Of a stretch of 32,000 bases of DNA, positions 17,812-26,229 are shown piece after piece. The translations under genes and the position numbers were made by a program. The stretch comes from an uncultured Chitinophagaceae bacterium (GTDB taxonomy: Bacteria > Bacteroidota > Ignavibacteria > UBA10030 > UBA8401): NCBI GenBank assembly GCA_964361075.1, contig CAYHZL010000012.1:3300-35299 (forward strand), read 5' to 3'. The notes under the pieces were generated by a model. That model did not search any database, was not told where the DNA came from, and worked only from the letters and a program-made list of their open reading frames with translations. Position 1 is the first letter of the stretch; every line of letters starts with the position of its first letter.

Positions 17812-18366
17812 TTATTGAATAATAAATTTGCTGAAATATACTTGATGAACTTTTTCGGGACGTAACGTTTTGTTTAATGCGGTTTTAATTTCTTTGCGCA
17901 GCGCTTCTCTATTTGTTTGATCATCAAGTTGTTCCAAAGTTTTTGCGCCAAAAATTGTATTTAACGCATCGCGCACTAACACATCTTTTCCCTCAATAGC
18001 TTTTAACTCTTCTTCATCCGCTACTTCGATTCCAACTGTTGCAAGAAGAAAACGCGCACCACCTGTGCCGGCAGGATTGATAATGATATCCTTCACAGCA
18101 AAAACATATTTGCCGGGATTTTTTACTTCTTCTGCTGAAGCGTTTTCTTCCACACCATCTGCATTTTTCGTGTGCTCGTTTTTTGTTTTTTGCGAATCAC
18201 CACTGCTCATTTTCGGAACAACAAAAATGGTAATAAGAAAATAGACGATAACAATTTGTAGAATGAACACCCCTCCGCCAATCATTAACATTTTGGACAT
18301 GGGCATTCCTTTGCTTTCGCTTTGTGATGGAACTCCTTCAACAGATTTTTCAGGTTGTATAGCCAT
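17812..18366 (-). CDS. fliL: Flagellar basal body-associated protein FliL
   Basis: Single TM segment plus a FliL-type C-terminal domain. Lies directly upstream of fliM. Confidence 0.85.
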   Translation of the reverse strand: MAIQPEKSVEGVPSQSESKGMPMSKMLMIGGGVFILQIVIVYFLITIFVVPKMSSGDSQKTKNEHTKNADGVEENASAEEVKNPGKYVFAVKDIIINPAGTGGARFLLATVGIEVADEEELKAIEGKDVLVRDALNTIFGAKTLEQLDDQTNREALRKEIKTALNKTLRPEKVHQVYFSKFIIQ

Positions 18367-18395
18367 AATATTATTCTCCGGTTTTCTATCAATAT

Positions 18396-18412
18396 TTACA
18401 AAGGTTATGCCA
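18396..18412 (-). promoter_or_regulatory. Sigma-54-like promoter candidate upstream of fliL (TGGCAT-N5-TTGTAA)
   Basis: The minus strand reads ctctcTGGCATaacctTTGTAAat, ending 30 nt before the fliL ATG, with GGAGAA as the RBS. The same motif occurs at 23057-23073 and 30723-30739. Confidence 0.5.
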
Positions 18413-18503
18413 GAGAGAATCAGTGTATTTGGGCTGAAAAGGAACTAATACAAAAAATAATTTACGCAGGTATGGCTAATATTCATCAGGTGAGCCAGTT
18501 TGT

Positions 18504-18545
18504 AAAAAGGTAGTACCGGCAGTTTGCCTATTACTGCCGGTACTA
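18504..18545 (-). terminator. Rho-independent terminator downstream of flgE
   Basis: Perfect 13-bp stem tagtaccggcagt (18511-18523) / actgccggtacta (18533-18545) with a 9-nt loop. On the minus strand it is followed by CCTTTTTAC. Confidence 0.7.
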
Positions 18546-18586
18546 TTTTGAGGTAAGGTTGAGAGGATAGTACAAACTAATTTTGT

Positions 18587-18668
18587 ATCTACTCAGTCAT
18601 GCCATGAGTTTGTCTAATTTTCAAAAAGTAACTCATGGCATGACTTTAAATGCACGGTGAGTAGTTAT
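18587..18668. repeat. Palindromic element F (short form of element G)
   Basis: tatctactcagtcatgccatgag (18587-18609) pairs with actcatggcatgac..ggtgagtagtta (18631-18667). Its reverse complement matches both ends of G almost base for base. Confidence 0.8.
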
Positions 18669-18671
18669 CTA

Positions 18672-19955
18672 TTATCTTTTAATACTCATTAACTCTTGAA
18701 GAAACTCATCGCTTGTTGTGATAACTTTCGCATTAGCTTGGAAGCCACGTTGTGCGACAATCATTTTGGTGAATTCTTCCGCGAGATCAACGTTTGACTG
18801 TTCGAGCGCGCCGGCTTGAATATTACCGTCACTTACAGTTTCAACTGTGCCGACAATTGGAGCACCGGAATTTGATGTCGTGTCATATAAACTTCCGCCT
18901 ACTCGTTCAAGCCCGTTCGGGTTGTTGAAGTTTGCAACAAGCAATTGGCCTAATACTTGTCTCTGACCATTCGAAAAACTGCCGCGGATGGTACCATCAT
19001 TTTCAAAATCAATGGAATTCAAAGTGCCTGATGCATACCCATTCTTTTTTTCACCGAAAATAGACGATGGCTTTGTTGTTTGAGAAAGGTCTCCACCTAC
19101 CTTATTCAAATTTGCACTGTCGAATAATTTTATTGTAACATCAGAAGCACCTGTGCCCGGAGCAAACGTCAAGCTTGTATCAGCAGGCGGCGCAAGAGTG
19201 TTCGCAAATGTTTTTACCGTTCCATCTGAATTAAAGGTAATAGTACCGGCATCACTACCGGCTGTTGGCACCGCTGCCGATCCTGTTGGAAACGCAACTT
19301 TCCAATCCCATGCGTTCACTGCAGTTTTGGTAAATGTTAAGGTAATATTGTGCTGCGTGCCAAGTGAATCATACACGGTTACAACTGAATTTGTTGTATC
19401 GCCAACTTTTGCTGATGCATCTAAATTACCGCTCAATTTAATTTCGGTGCTTGCCTGTGGAGCGCTGGTTACGCCTTTTGGAATTATGATGTTTTGTAAA
19501 CTAGTACCGGTGGGCAGCACACCAACAGCATCAGCTAATTTTCCTTGAACAACTGCACCATCACCATTCACTAATTGACCAAGACTATTGAATTTAAATG
19601 CACCAACGCGTGTGTAAGAATTCTTGCCGCCTACTTTTGCAATAAAGAATCCGCTGCCTTGCAGTGCAAGGTGCGTTTTTTCACCGGTAATTTCTGTATT
19701 ACCAACTGAAAAGTTTGTATCTATTGAACTCACATTCATACCTAAACCAATTTGCATTGGATTAGTACCGCCGTTGAGTGTTGTCGGGGATGATGCGCCG
19801 CGAAGTGTTTGTGCGAATGATTCGCTGAAGTTAACTCTGCTGGCTTTGAAACCAATAGTGTTAATGTTTGAAACGTTGTTACCGATAACGTCCATCATTG
19901 TTTGATGATTACGCAAACCGGATACGCCTGAATAGAGAGAACGAAGAAAACCCAT
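18672..19955 (-). CDS. flgE: Flagellar hook protein FlgE
   Basis: N-terminal SLYSGVSGL and C-terminal ALEQSNVDLAEEFTKMIVAQRGFQANAKVI. ATG at 19955 is preferred because GGAGG lies 5 nt upstream. The longest ORF starts at the TTG at 19967. Confidence 0.93.
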   Translation of the reverse strand: MGFLRSLYSGVSGLRNHQTMMDVIGNNVSNINTIGFKASRVNFSESFAQTLRGASSPTTLNGGTNPMQIGLGMNVSSIDTNFSVGNTEITGEKTHLALQGSGFFIAKVGGKNSYTRVGAFKFNSLGQLVNGDGAVVQGKLADAVGVLPTGTSLQNIIIPKGVTSAPQASTEIKLSGNLDASAKVGDTTNSVVTVYDSLGTQHNITLTFTKTAVNAWDWKVAFPTGSAAVPTAGSDAGTITFNSDGTVKTFANTLAPPADTSLTFAPGTGASDVTIKLFDSANLNKVGGDLSQTTKPSSIFGEKKNGYASGTLNSIDFENDGTIRGSFSNGQRQVLGQLLVANFNNPNGLERVGGSLYDTTSNSGAPIVGTVETVSDGNIQAGALEQSNVDLAEEFTKMIVAQRGFQANAKVITTSDEFLQELMSIKR

Positions 19956-20074
19956 GATGACCTCCAAGTGGATTTGTTGTTAAAAATTGATTCAATATCA
20001 ATCGGACATCGAATCACGAGCATCCTCATAAAGGTCCTGCTCGTATGTTTATTTGTTAAAAAGAACTGTAAAAC

Positions 20075-20473
20075 TTATCCTGCTATAATTGCACTATCAA
20101 TTTTTGTGAACACGTGTTCTTTCATTGTATCATTCGTCATCGTTGTTACAACAGTTCTGTTGGGAACATTCACAATAAATGCCATATCACGTAAGAAGAC
20201 TAATGAATCGTGTGCGCCTTTTGCTTCCGCTTTGCTCATCGCATTTTGCAATTTTGTTACATCATCCTGATTCAGCGAAATATTTCGTGAGTCGAGTCGG
20301 CTTTGTGCATGTTTCGAAAATTGAATTCCCTGCAATTCTTTTTGAAATACTTTTTCAAACGATTGCTCTATCGGTAATTCAATCGGCGATCTTTTCTGAA
20401 GACCTTCAACTCCGCCGATTGGAATAAATGGCAACGATATGCCGTTTATCATTTCAGCCACGCTTTCCTCCAA
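20075..20473 (-). CDS. Flagellar operon protein of the family found between flgD and flgE (TIGR02530-like)
   Basis: FSKHAQSRLDSRNISL..SLVFLRDMAFIVNVPNRTVVT, as recalled for that family, plus position. The start is uncertain: TTG 20473, GTG 20461 or ATG 20452. Confidence 0.7.
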   Translation of the reverse strand: MEESVAEMINGISLPFIPIGGVEGLQKRSPIELPIEQSFEKVFQKELQGIQFSKHAQSRLDSRNISLNQDDVTKLQNAMSKAEAKGAHDSLVFLRDMAFIVNVPNRTVVTTMTNDTMKEHVFTKIDSAIIAG

Positions 20474-21143
20474 TTTCTAAAACATCCGATAAATTAATTT
20501 CAATACCGTTCATCATTAAGACTGTGCCTTGTTGTGTATAGCGCACCGAACTTATTGTTCCCCACACATACGTTTGTGGTGCAGTGCCTACAACTTTACC
20601 ATCGGCATCTTTGGCTTCAATCTTGAATGAATATTTTCCGGTAGGCAATCTATTGCCAAATTTATCTGTTCCATCCCACGTTATATCATTATCGCCTTTA
20701 TCTGTTTTCGAGGTAGCAAATTCAGTTACTAATTCATTCTTTTCGTTATACACAGAAACTTTTACTGTAGATGCACGTTCGGCTAATGTATAACCAAGAG
20801 AGACATCGTTACTGCCATCATAATGCACCGTGTTTCCCGTCGCTTTTACTTCTTTGCCGATAAGCGTTGCAGACATCGTATTGTTAATTGATTGCGACAT
20901 TATGTAACTCGCATCCAAGCTTTGTTTCAAACTGCTGTTAATATTTGTCAACTGCTCAACAGAACCAAACTGCGCCAACTGCGAGGCAAACTCTGTACCT
21001 TTTAATGGATTGAGTGGATCTTGAAATTTGAGTTGTTGAATTAATAACTTTAAAAAATCGTCTTTACCGAGTGTACTGTTGCCGCGTGTTTGTACAGATG
21101 GTGTTGTTGAATTTGAAAATTGTACTGCCTCGCTTGCGTTCAT
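20454..21143 (-). CDS. flgD: Flagellar hook capping/assembly protein FlgD
   Basis: LGKDDFLKLLIQQLKFQDPLNPL motif and a FlgD Ig-like C-terminal domain. Confidence 0.93.
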   Translation of the reverse strand: MNASEAVQFSNSTTPSVQTRGNSTLGKDDFLKLLIQQLKFQDPLNPLKGTEFASQLAQFGSVEQLTNINSSLKQSLDASYIMSQSINNTMSATLIGKEVKATGNTVHYDGSNDVSLGYTLAERASTVKVSVYNEKNELVTEFATSKTDKGDNDITWDGTDKFGNRLPTGKYSFKIEAKDADGKVVGTAPQTYVWGTISSVRYTQQGTVLMMNGIEINLSDVLEIGGKRG

Positions 21144-21155
21144 TTTTGTAATCCT

Positions 21156-23006
21156 TTATATGATGTACTCAACAGTATTGTAACCGTAAGTTTTTGTTTC
21201 TCGTTCAACATCGGAAAGTTCAGCTATCTCATCAAGATGAGTTGCCGAGTAACCAAATTTTTTCTTGCCAACTTCTTGTTGCTTCTGTTGTTGCTGCGCC
21301 ATATCAGAGCTTAAAAAAACATTGATTGAATCGAGCGTAACACCATTCGCGTGCAATGTCTCACGCATACGCGCAATATTGCTTTCTACAATTTGCTTCA
21401 CGTCGGTGTTTTGCACATCAATGCGTGCATTCATCTTTCCATCTTCCAAACCAATTTTAATTTCTACTTTGCCTAAATGTTCCGGTGATAATTTTATTTC
21501 GAGAGTATTCGGCGTATGTGTTATTGAGGAAACATCTTTCAGAATTTGTTCGAATACCATTTCACGATTCTGAACAGGCACATGTGCCTGCACTTCTTTC
21601 GGCAGTTCAACTGCCGCAGTGTGCTGTGTTCCTGAAATTATTGGCTGCGGAATTGTTTCGTTTTTCACCTGACGCGCAACAACGTCCGGCGATTCAATTT
21701 TTGCAGCAATTGCTGCATTATTATTTTCAACAGGTTCCATCTTTGAAGATTTTGCAGATGTCGAATCATTCAAAAAACTATTTTTAGCTCCGTGTGTTGG
21801 CGCGGCTTCAGCTTCAGCAAAAATATTTTTTCCAGTCTGATGAGGAGATGTTGTTTCCTGTTCTGCGCCATGCTTTTGGCGTGATGGTTCACTACTACTA
21901 TTCACCGACTGCGAAGGAAGTGAATTCACTTTTGATGCACTATTTTCTTTTGATTGTTTTACCGGTTCGTTATTTTTTTTCTCACTCACACCGGTTTTCG
22001 ATTGCTGCACGCTTGCTTCAATTATTGCGCGGTACAATTCATTTGCAGGTTCAGTTTCTTTTTGCAATAACGGCGTTGGAATTCTTTGAGCACGTGCGGA
22101 AATAATTTGCACGGCTTCGTTTGATCCTGATTCCTTTGCAGACTGAATATTCTTTTCGCTCAATTGATTGGATTGGAACAGTTTGTTCGCCGCGGCGAAT
22201 TCTGGTGCGAGTACTTGTTGAAGAGAAGGCTCAGCCGCTTGCAATGTATTCAACGAAATTTCAGCTGCAGCTTTTACGTTTGCCTGAGTTGGGTGAACCA
22301 AAACAGGATTTTGTTCTAATGGAAAAATAGAAAAAATTGAAAAAATATTGCTATTTGCTTTTTCTTTATTCGGAATTCCATTACCAACGACAGCATCATT
22401 ACGTCCTATCGTTTGCTCCTGCCCGCCATTATTGCTGCCCGCCGAACGAACGGCAATATTTCCTAAAAAATTATTAGGCAATAATTGCGCACTTTGTGTT
22501 GGCTCAACAACATCTTGAGTAACACCGAGAGCAGTATTTTTCATCGGAGTTACTTCTGTTACAGTTGCCGCTTTGTTTTGCACACCTGCATTAAATAAAA
22601 AACCGGTTTGCGGAAATGTTGAAAATCCGATAACACCATGTACCTGTTCCCTACCGTGCAAATGTAATAACTGCAATTGATCTTCAGTAACGCCGAGAAT
22701 GTTGGGAGATTGCTTTGGCGAATTACCGCCATCGTTTGAATGAACCGACAGAGTGTTTGAAATTTCATTCTGCTGAACCGGTTCGCTGTTATTTTGTGCG
22801 GTAATTTTTGTCGGCGCTGGCAATAAAAAACCAAGTAAGAGCTGAAATATTTGGGGGCTTTGATTGTTCATTACATCATTTGCTGCAGTACCGGCTGTAT
22901 GTATTTGCACATCATCCTTCGCGGCTGCATTCCCGCCGGCAAATCCAAATAAATTTTTTGCTGAAGGCTTTCCAACCATTTCCGAAGAGAATCCTAATAT
23001 ATTCAT
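21156..23006 (-). CDS. fliK: Flagellar hook-length control protein FliK
   Basis: A long low-complexity Q/N/S/P-rich region followed by a C-terminal Flg_hook-type domain (LEIKLSPEHLGKVEIKI..ARIDVQN). ATG at 23006 is preferred (GGTGAG upstream). The longest ORF starts at the GTG at 23033. Confidence 0.8.
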   Translation of the reverse strand: MNILGFSSEMVGKPSAKNLFGFAGGNAAAKDDVQIHTAGTAANDVMNNQSPQIFQLLLGFLLPAPTKITAQNNSEPVQQNEISNTLSVHSNDGGNSPKQSPNILGVTEDQLQLLHLHGREQVHGVIGFSTFPQTGFLFNAGVQNKAATVTEVTPMKNTALGVTQDVVEPTQSAQLLPNNFLGNIAVRSAGSNNGGQEQTIGRNDAVVGNGIPNKEKANSNIFSIFSIFPLEQNPVLVHPTQANVKAAAEISLNTLQAAEPSLQQVLAPEFAAANKLFQSNQLSEKNIQSAKESGSNEAVQIISARAQRIPTPLLQKETEPANELYRAIIEASVQQSKTGVSEKKNNEPVKQSKENSASKVNSLPSQSVNSSSEPSRQKHGAEQETTSPHQTGKNIFAEAEAAPTHGAKNSFLNDSTSAKSSKMEPVENNNAAIAAKIESPDVVARQVKNETIPQPIISGTQHTAAVELPKEVQAHVPVQNREMVFEQILKDVSSITHTPNTLEIKLSPEHLGKVEIKIGLEDGKMNARIDVQNTDVKQIVESNIARMRETLHANGVTLDSINVFLSSDMAQQQQKQQEVGKKKFGYSATHLDEIAELSDVERETKTYGYNTVEYII

Positions 23007-23056
23007 ACACTCACCGATACTGTTAATGACCACTGTTGTATAACTGATATATATTT

Positions 23057-23073
23057 TACAAAGCCCGTGCCAA
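23057..23073 (-). promoter_or_regulatory. Sigma-54-like promoter candidate upstream of fliK (TGGCAC-N5-TTGTAA)
   Basis: The minus strand reads ttTTGGCACgggctTTGTAAaa in the 168-bp gap between the MgtE_N gene and fliK. Confidence 0.5.
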
Positions 23074-23201
23074 AAGTTATCATATTGTTTTTTTCGCTTT
23101 GTGATGATTCGCTTTTGTTTTCGCAGTGTACCGTCTTTGTATGTAACATAATTATTTTTTGTAACGGCTAATATTCGGCACGTGTGCGTGTAATAAAAAA
23201 A

Positions 23202-23708
23202 TCAGTTCGATAAAATTTGTGCTGCGCGCTGCGAATCAAAGTGCATTAAAATTTTTGCCGCTTGTTTCTTTTTGATCGTCAACAAAATTACACGCACATC
23301 TTTATCATTCATTTTGTTCAAAATTTTTGCAGCATCTTCCGGTTTCATTGCATCATACAATTTAGCGATGCTCTTCATTTCATCTTGATTTATCACGCGC
23401 GGTAATTCAGCGGCTGGCATCGCATTCTGATGCGCTAATGAATCATTGGAAGCTAAGATTTGTTTCGATGAATCTTTTGGTCGTTGATTTTGTATTGCAC
23501 TATTTGCCGTTTGTTTAGCTTTCTCAATTTTTGTCAGGTCGGCAGCTGCCGAATCCGGGCGCGTATTTTTCAGTGCATTATGTTTTAAATCTACCGAAGG
23601 GCGCGCGCCAAACAATTCCGGCTTCACCATTGCAGTAAACAACATCGCAGTGCTGGTTAACAGCAACACACTAAACAATACGCTGGCAAAAACTACATTC
23701 TGTTTCAT
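23202..23708 (-). CDS. MgtE_N-domain flagellar protein (YlxF/FlbB/MotE-like)
   Basis: N-terminal TM segment and C-terminal MKPEDAAKILNKMNDKDVRVILLTIKKKQAAKILMHFDSQRAAQIL. Lies after fliJ, as in the Bacillus and Borrelia operons. Confidence 0.75.
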   Translation of the reverse strand: MKQNVVFASVLFSVLLLTSTAMLFTAMVKPELFGARPSVDLKHNALKNTRPDSAAADLTKIEKAKQTANSAIQNQRPKDSSKQILASNDSLAHQNAMPAAELPRVINQDEMKSIAKLYDAMKPEDAAKILNKMNDKDVRVILLTIKKKQAAKILMHFDSQRAAQILSN

Positions 23709-23720
23709 ACGGTTAGCATC

Positions 23721-24140
23721 TTATCTTCTTCGTTGCGCAAATTCATCCATTAACTTTTGTTCTTTGCTCTCTGATTCTTTTGCATGTTCTTTTAATTTCT
23801 TTGCATGCAAAATTTCTACCATCTTTTTTTCTTGTGATTTTTTCAGCAACAACTCACGTTTCACTTTTTCCTCTTCTTGAACTTGTATGACCACACTTGT
23901 CTGCGTTTCAATTTGTTTACTCAAACTTGAAAGATGTGAGCGAACAAGCTGCATTTCTGCAATACTCATTCTTTGTGTTCCACGCGCATTGCCAAGTGCG
24001 TTTCGTTTGTGTTGATGAATTTCCCCTAACACATCTTCCTCAATCACTCTCAATCGCTCTGCATCGGCAACATGTTGTTGCGCTTGCTTCTCTTGAATCT
24101 TTCGTACTTCTACTACTTTTTGAAATCCGCTTTTTTTCAT
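23721..24140 (-). CDS. fliJ: Flagellar export chaperone/stalk protein FliJ
   Basis: 139-aa coiled-coil protein ending in EQKLMDEFAQ. Lies directly after fliI. Confidence 0.8.
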   Translation of the reverse strand: MKKSGFQKVVEVRKIQEKQAQQHVADAERLRVIEEDVLGEIHQHKRNALGNARGTQRMSIAEMQLVRSHLSSLSKQIETQTSVVIQVQEEEKVKRELLLKKSQEKKMVEILHAKKLKEHAKESESKEQKLMDEFAQRRR

Positions 24141-24160
24141 TCTTTGGCTGGCTTCTGCAT

Positions 24161-25495
24161 TTAAACAACCGATTCACCAATAATTTCATATAACTGTCGC
24201 ATATTATTTTCAACGGTTACTTTTTCGTTAATACCTTGTCGTAAAAATTTTCGCACCACATCTATTTTAGCAAGACTGTAATCAATACGCGGGTTGCTTC
24301 CGCGAACGTACGCGCCAATGTTAATTAAATCTTCTGCATCTTTGTATGTTGCAAGAATATCGCAAAACCGCTGTACCATAGTGCGATGTTCTTCTTCAGT
24401 AACATCGGTCATTACTCTGCTGATACTTTCAAGCACATCAACCGCCGGATATTGTCCGCTGGCTGCAATACGCCGGGAAAGTACAATATGTCCATCCAGA
24501 ATGGAGCGCACAGCATCGGCAATCGGTTCGTTGAAATCATCGCCGTCCACCAACACAGTATACAAACCCGTAATACTTCCTTTTGAAGAAGTGCCGGCGC
24601 GTTCCAATAATTTTGGCAGAAGCGCAAACACCGACGGTGTGTACCCTTTTGTTGTCGGCGGTTCACCAATGGCAAGACCAACTTCCCGCTGCGCCATTGC
24701 AACACGCGTAACAGAATCCATCATCAACATCACATCCATTCCCATATCACGAAAATATTCTGCAATAGAAGTTGCAAGAAATGCCGCCTTCAAACGCACA
24801 AGCGCAGTCTGGTCGCTTGTTGCAACAACAACAACCGAGCGGCGCAATCCTTCTTCACCTAATTCTTTTTCAATAAACTCGCGCACTTCGCGTCCACGCT
24901 CTCCAACAAGTGCAATCACATTCACATCGGCACTGGTATTCCGCGCAATCATTCCCATCGTTACACTTTTTCCAACACCGCTGCCGGAAAAAATACCGAC
25001 ACGCTGACCTTTACCAAAAGTCAACAGCGTATCAATCGAGCGAATGCCGGTAGTAATTTGTTCTGTAATTCTTTTTCTGGTGAGAGGATTTGGCGGCGCA
25101 TTATAGATGGAACGAATTTCTTCCGCTTTCATTGGACCGCCGCCATCAATTGGTTTTCCTAATCCATCAAGAATGCGGCCGAGCAGCGCTTGTCCTACTC
25201 CGACTGTAAATGCTTTTCCGTTCGCAACAATTTCACAACCGGGACTAATGCGTGAAATATCTCCAAGCGCCATCGAAAGCACATGATTATTTTTAAAACC
25301 GACAACTTCCGCAAGACACACATCCTCGCCGGTTCTCGATTTTATTGTGCACACTTCGCCGAGCGATGTATTAGGACCAACTGATTCGATCACCAAACCG
25401 ATTACTTGACTTACACGGCCGTTCACTTTCAGCAAATCAACTTGGCGAAGTGTATCAAATAAAGATTCAAATTCCGTTGTGGGTGCGGCGTTCAT
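24161..25495 (-). CDS. fliI: Flagellum-specific ATPase FliI
   Basis: Walker A GSGVGKS, Walker B VMLMMDSVTR, and similarity to the F1/T3SS ATPase family across the whole length. Confidence 0.96.
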   Translation of the reverse strand: MNAAPTTEFESLFDTLRQVDLLKVNGRVSQVIGLVIESVGPNTSLGEVCTIKSRTGEDVCLAEVVGFKNNHVLSMALGDISRISPGCEIVANGKAFTVGVGQALLGRILDGLGKPIDGGGPMKAEEIRSIYNAPPNPLTRKRITEQITTGIRSIDTLLTFGKGQRVGIFSGSGVGKSVTMGMIARNTSADVNVIALVGERGREVREFIEKELGEEGLRRSVVVVATSDQTALVRLKAAFLATSIAEYFRDMGMDVMLMMDSVTRVAMAQREVGLAIGEPPTTKGYTPSVFALLPKLLERAGTSSKGSITGLYTVLVDGDDFNEPIADAVRSILDGHIVLSRRIAASGQYPAVDVLESISRVMTDVTEEEHRTMVQRFCDILATYKDAEDLINIGAYVRGSNPRIDYSLAKIDVVRKFLRQGINEKVTVENNMRQLYEIIGESVV

Positions 25496-26229
25496 TGTTC
25501 TGCGCTTTTTGTTCGTAACTCTTCAAATGCGTTTTCAATTTGTTTGAACTGCGTTCCGATTTTTGCATCAACATTGCCAAGCTCGCTTTCAACAATGCAG
25601 CCCCCGCGTTGAATTTTTTCGTCTGTTTCAATCACCATTTCTTTTACCGAATCTGCTGCGTGTTGAATATCTGAACGGTGTGTACGCACCAACGATTCAT
25701 CGTCGGGATGAATTTTTAATTTTATCTTTTCCACACCGAGAACACGCTTCATCGCATCGATTGCCTGTTCGATGACAATTGATGATTGTTCAATTTCTCT
25801 TTTCACAATACGCGATGCAATTTCAATGGCAAGTTTTACGATGGTCTCTTCAACTGATGTGCGTAACTCATGGTGTTGTGTTTGAATTGAGTGTACCATG
25901 GTATCGCTGCGAGCACGAAGTTCATTGAGCTGATGTTCAAATTCTTGTTTTGCCACTGCTTCACCGGCTGTTTTACCATCGAAGAAACCGCGTGCATACG
26001 CATCGTTTGTTTTTTGTTCCAAGTCATGACCCAAGAAATCGCGCTGCTCTTTTAACAAGAAGTCAATATCGTATTGATCTGCGGAAGAATATTTTTTTAG
26101 ATGGGACGAAGTAATGACTCTTTTTTCTTTCTCAAGTCGTTGCGCCTGATGCTGAACAATAGCGCCTTCATCACTTCCGGTTTTAATTACTTTAGACAAA
26201 TAATTCTTCTCCGCCGCCGCTTCGGGCAA
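25492..26229 (-). CDS. fliH: Flagellar assembly protein FliH
   Basis: Acidic coiled-coil N-terminal half and a FliH-type C-terminal domain. ATGA overlap with fliI. The start is uncertain (TTG 26229 or TTG 26199). Confidence 0.8.
   Translation of the reverse strand: MPEAAAEKNYLSKVIKTGSDEGAIVQHQAQRLEKEKRVITSSHLKKYSSADQYDIDFLLKEQRDFLGHDLEQKTNDAYARGFFDGKTAGEAVAKQEFEHQLNELRARSDTMVHSIQTQHHELRTSVEETIVKLAIEIASRIVKREIEQSSIVIEQAIDAMKRVLGVEKIKLKIHPDDESLVRTHRSDIQHAADSVKEMVIETDEKIQRGGCIVESELGNVDAKIGTQFKQIENAFEELRTKSAEQ

Noticed and set aside
24294-25007. 237-aa plus-strand ORF. Other long antisense ORFs include 6208-6867, 3111-3572, 5793-6227, 13185-13553 and 19153-19548.
   Set aside because: They are shadow ORFs fully embedded antisense to strongly supported genes (fliI, the RND pump, MFP, flhB, flgE). 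Their S/T/R/P-rich composition is typical of antisense frames.
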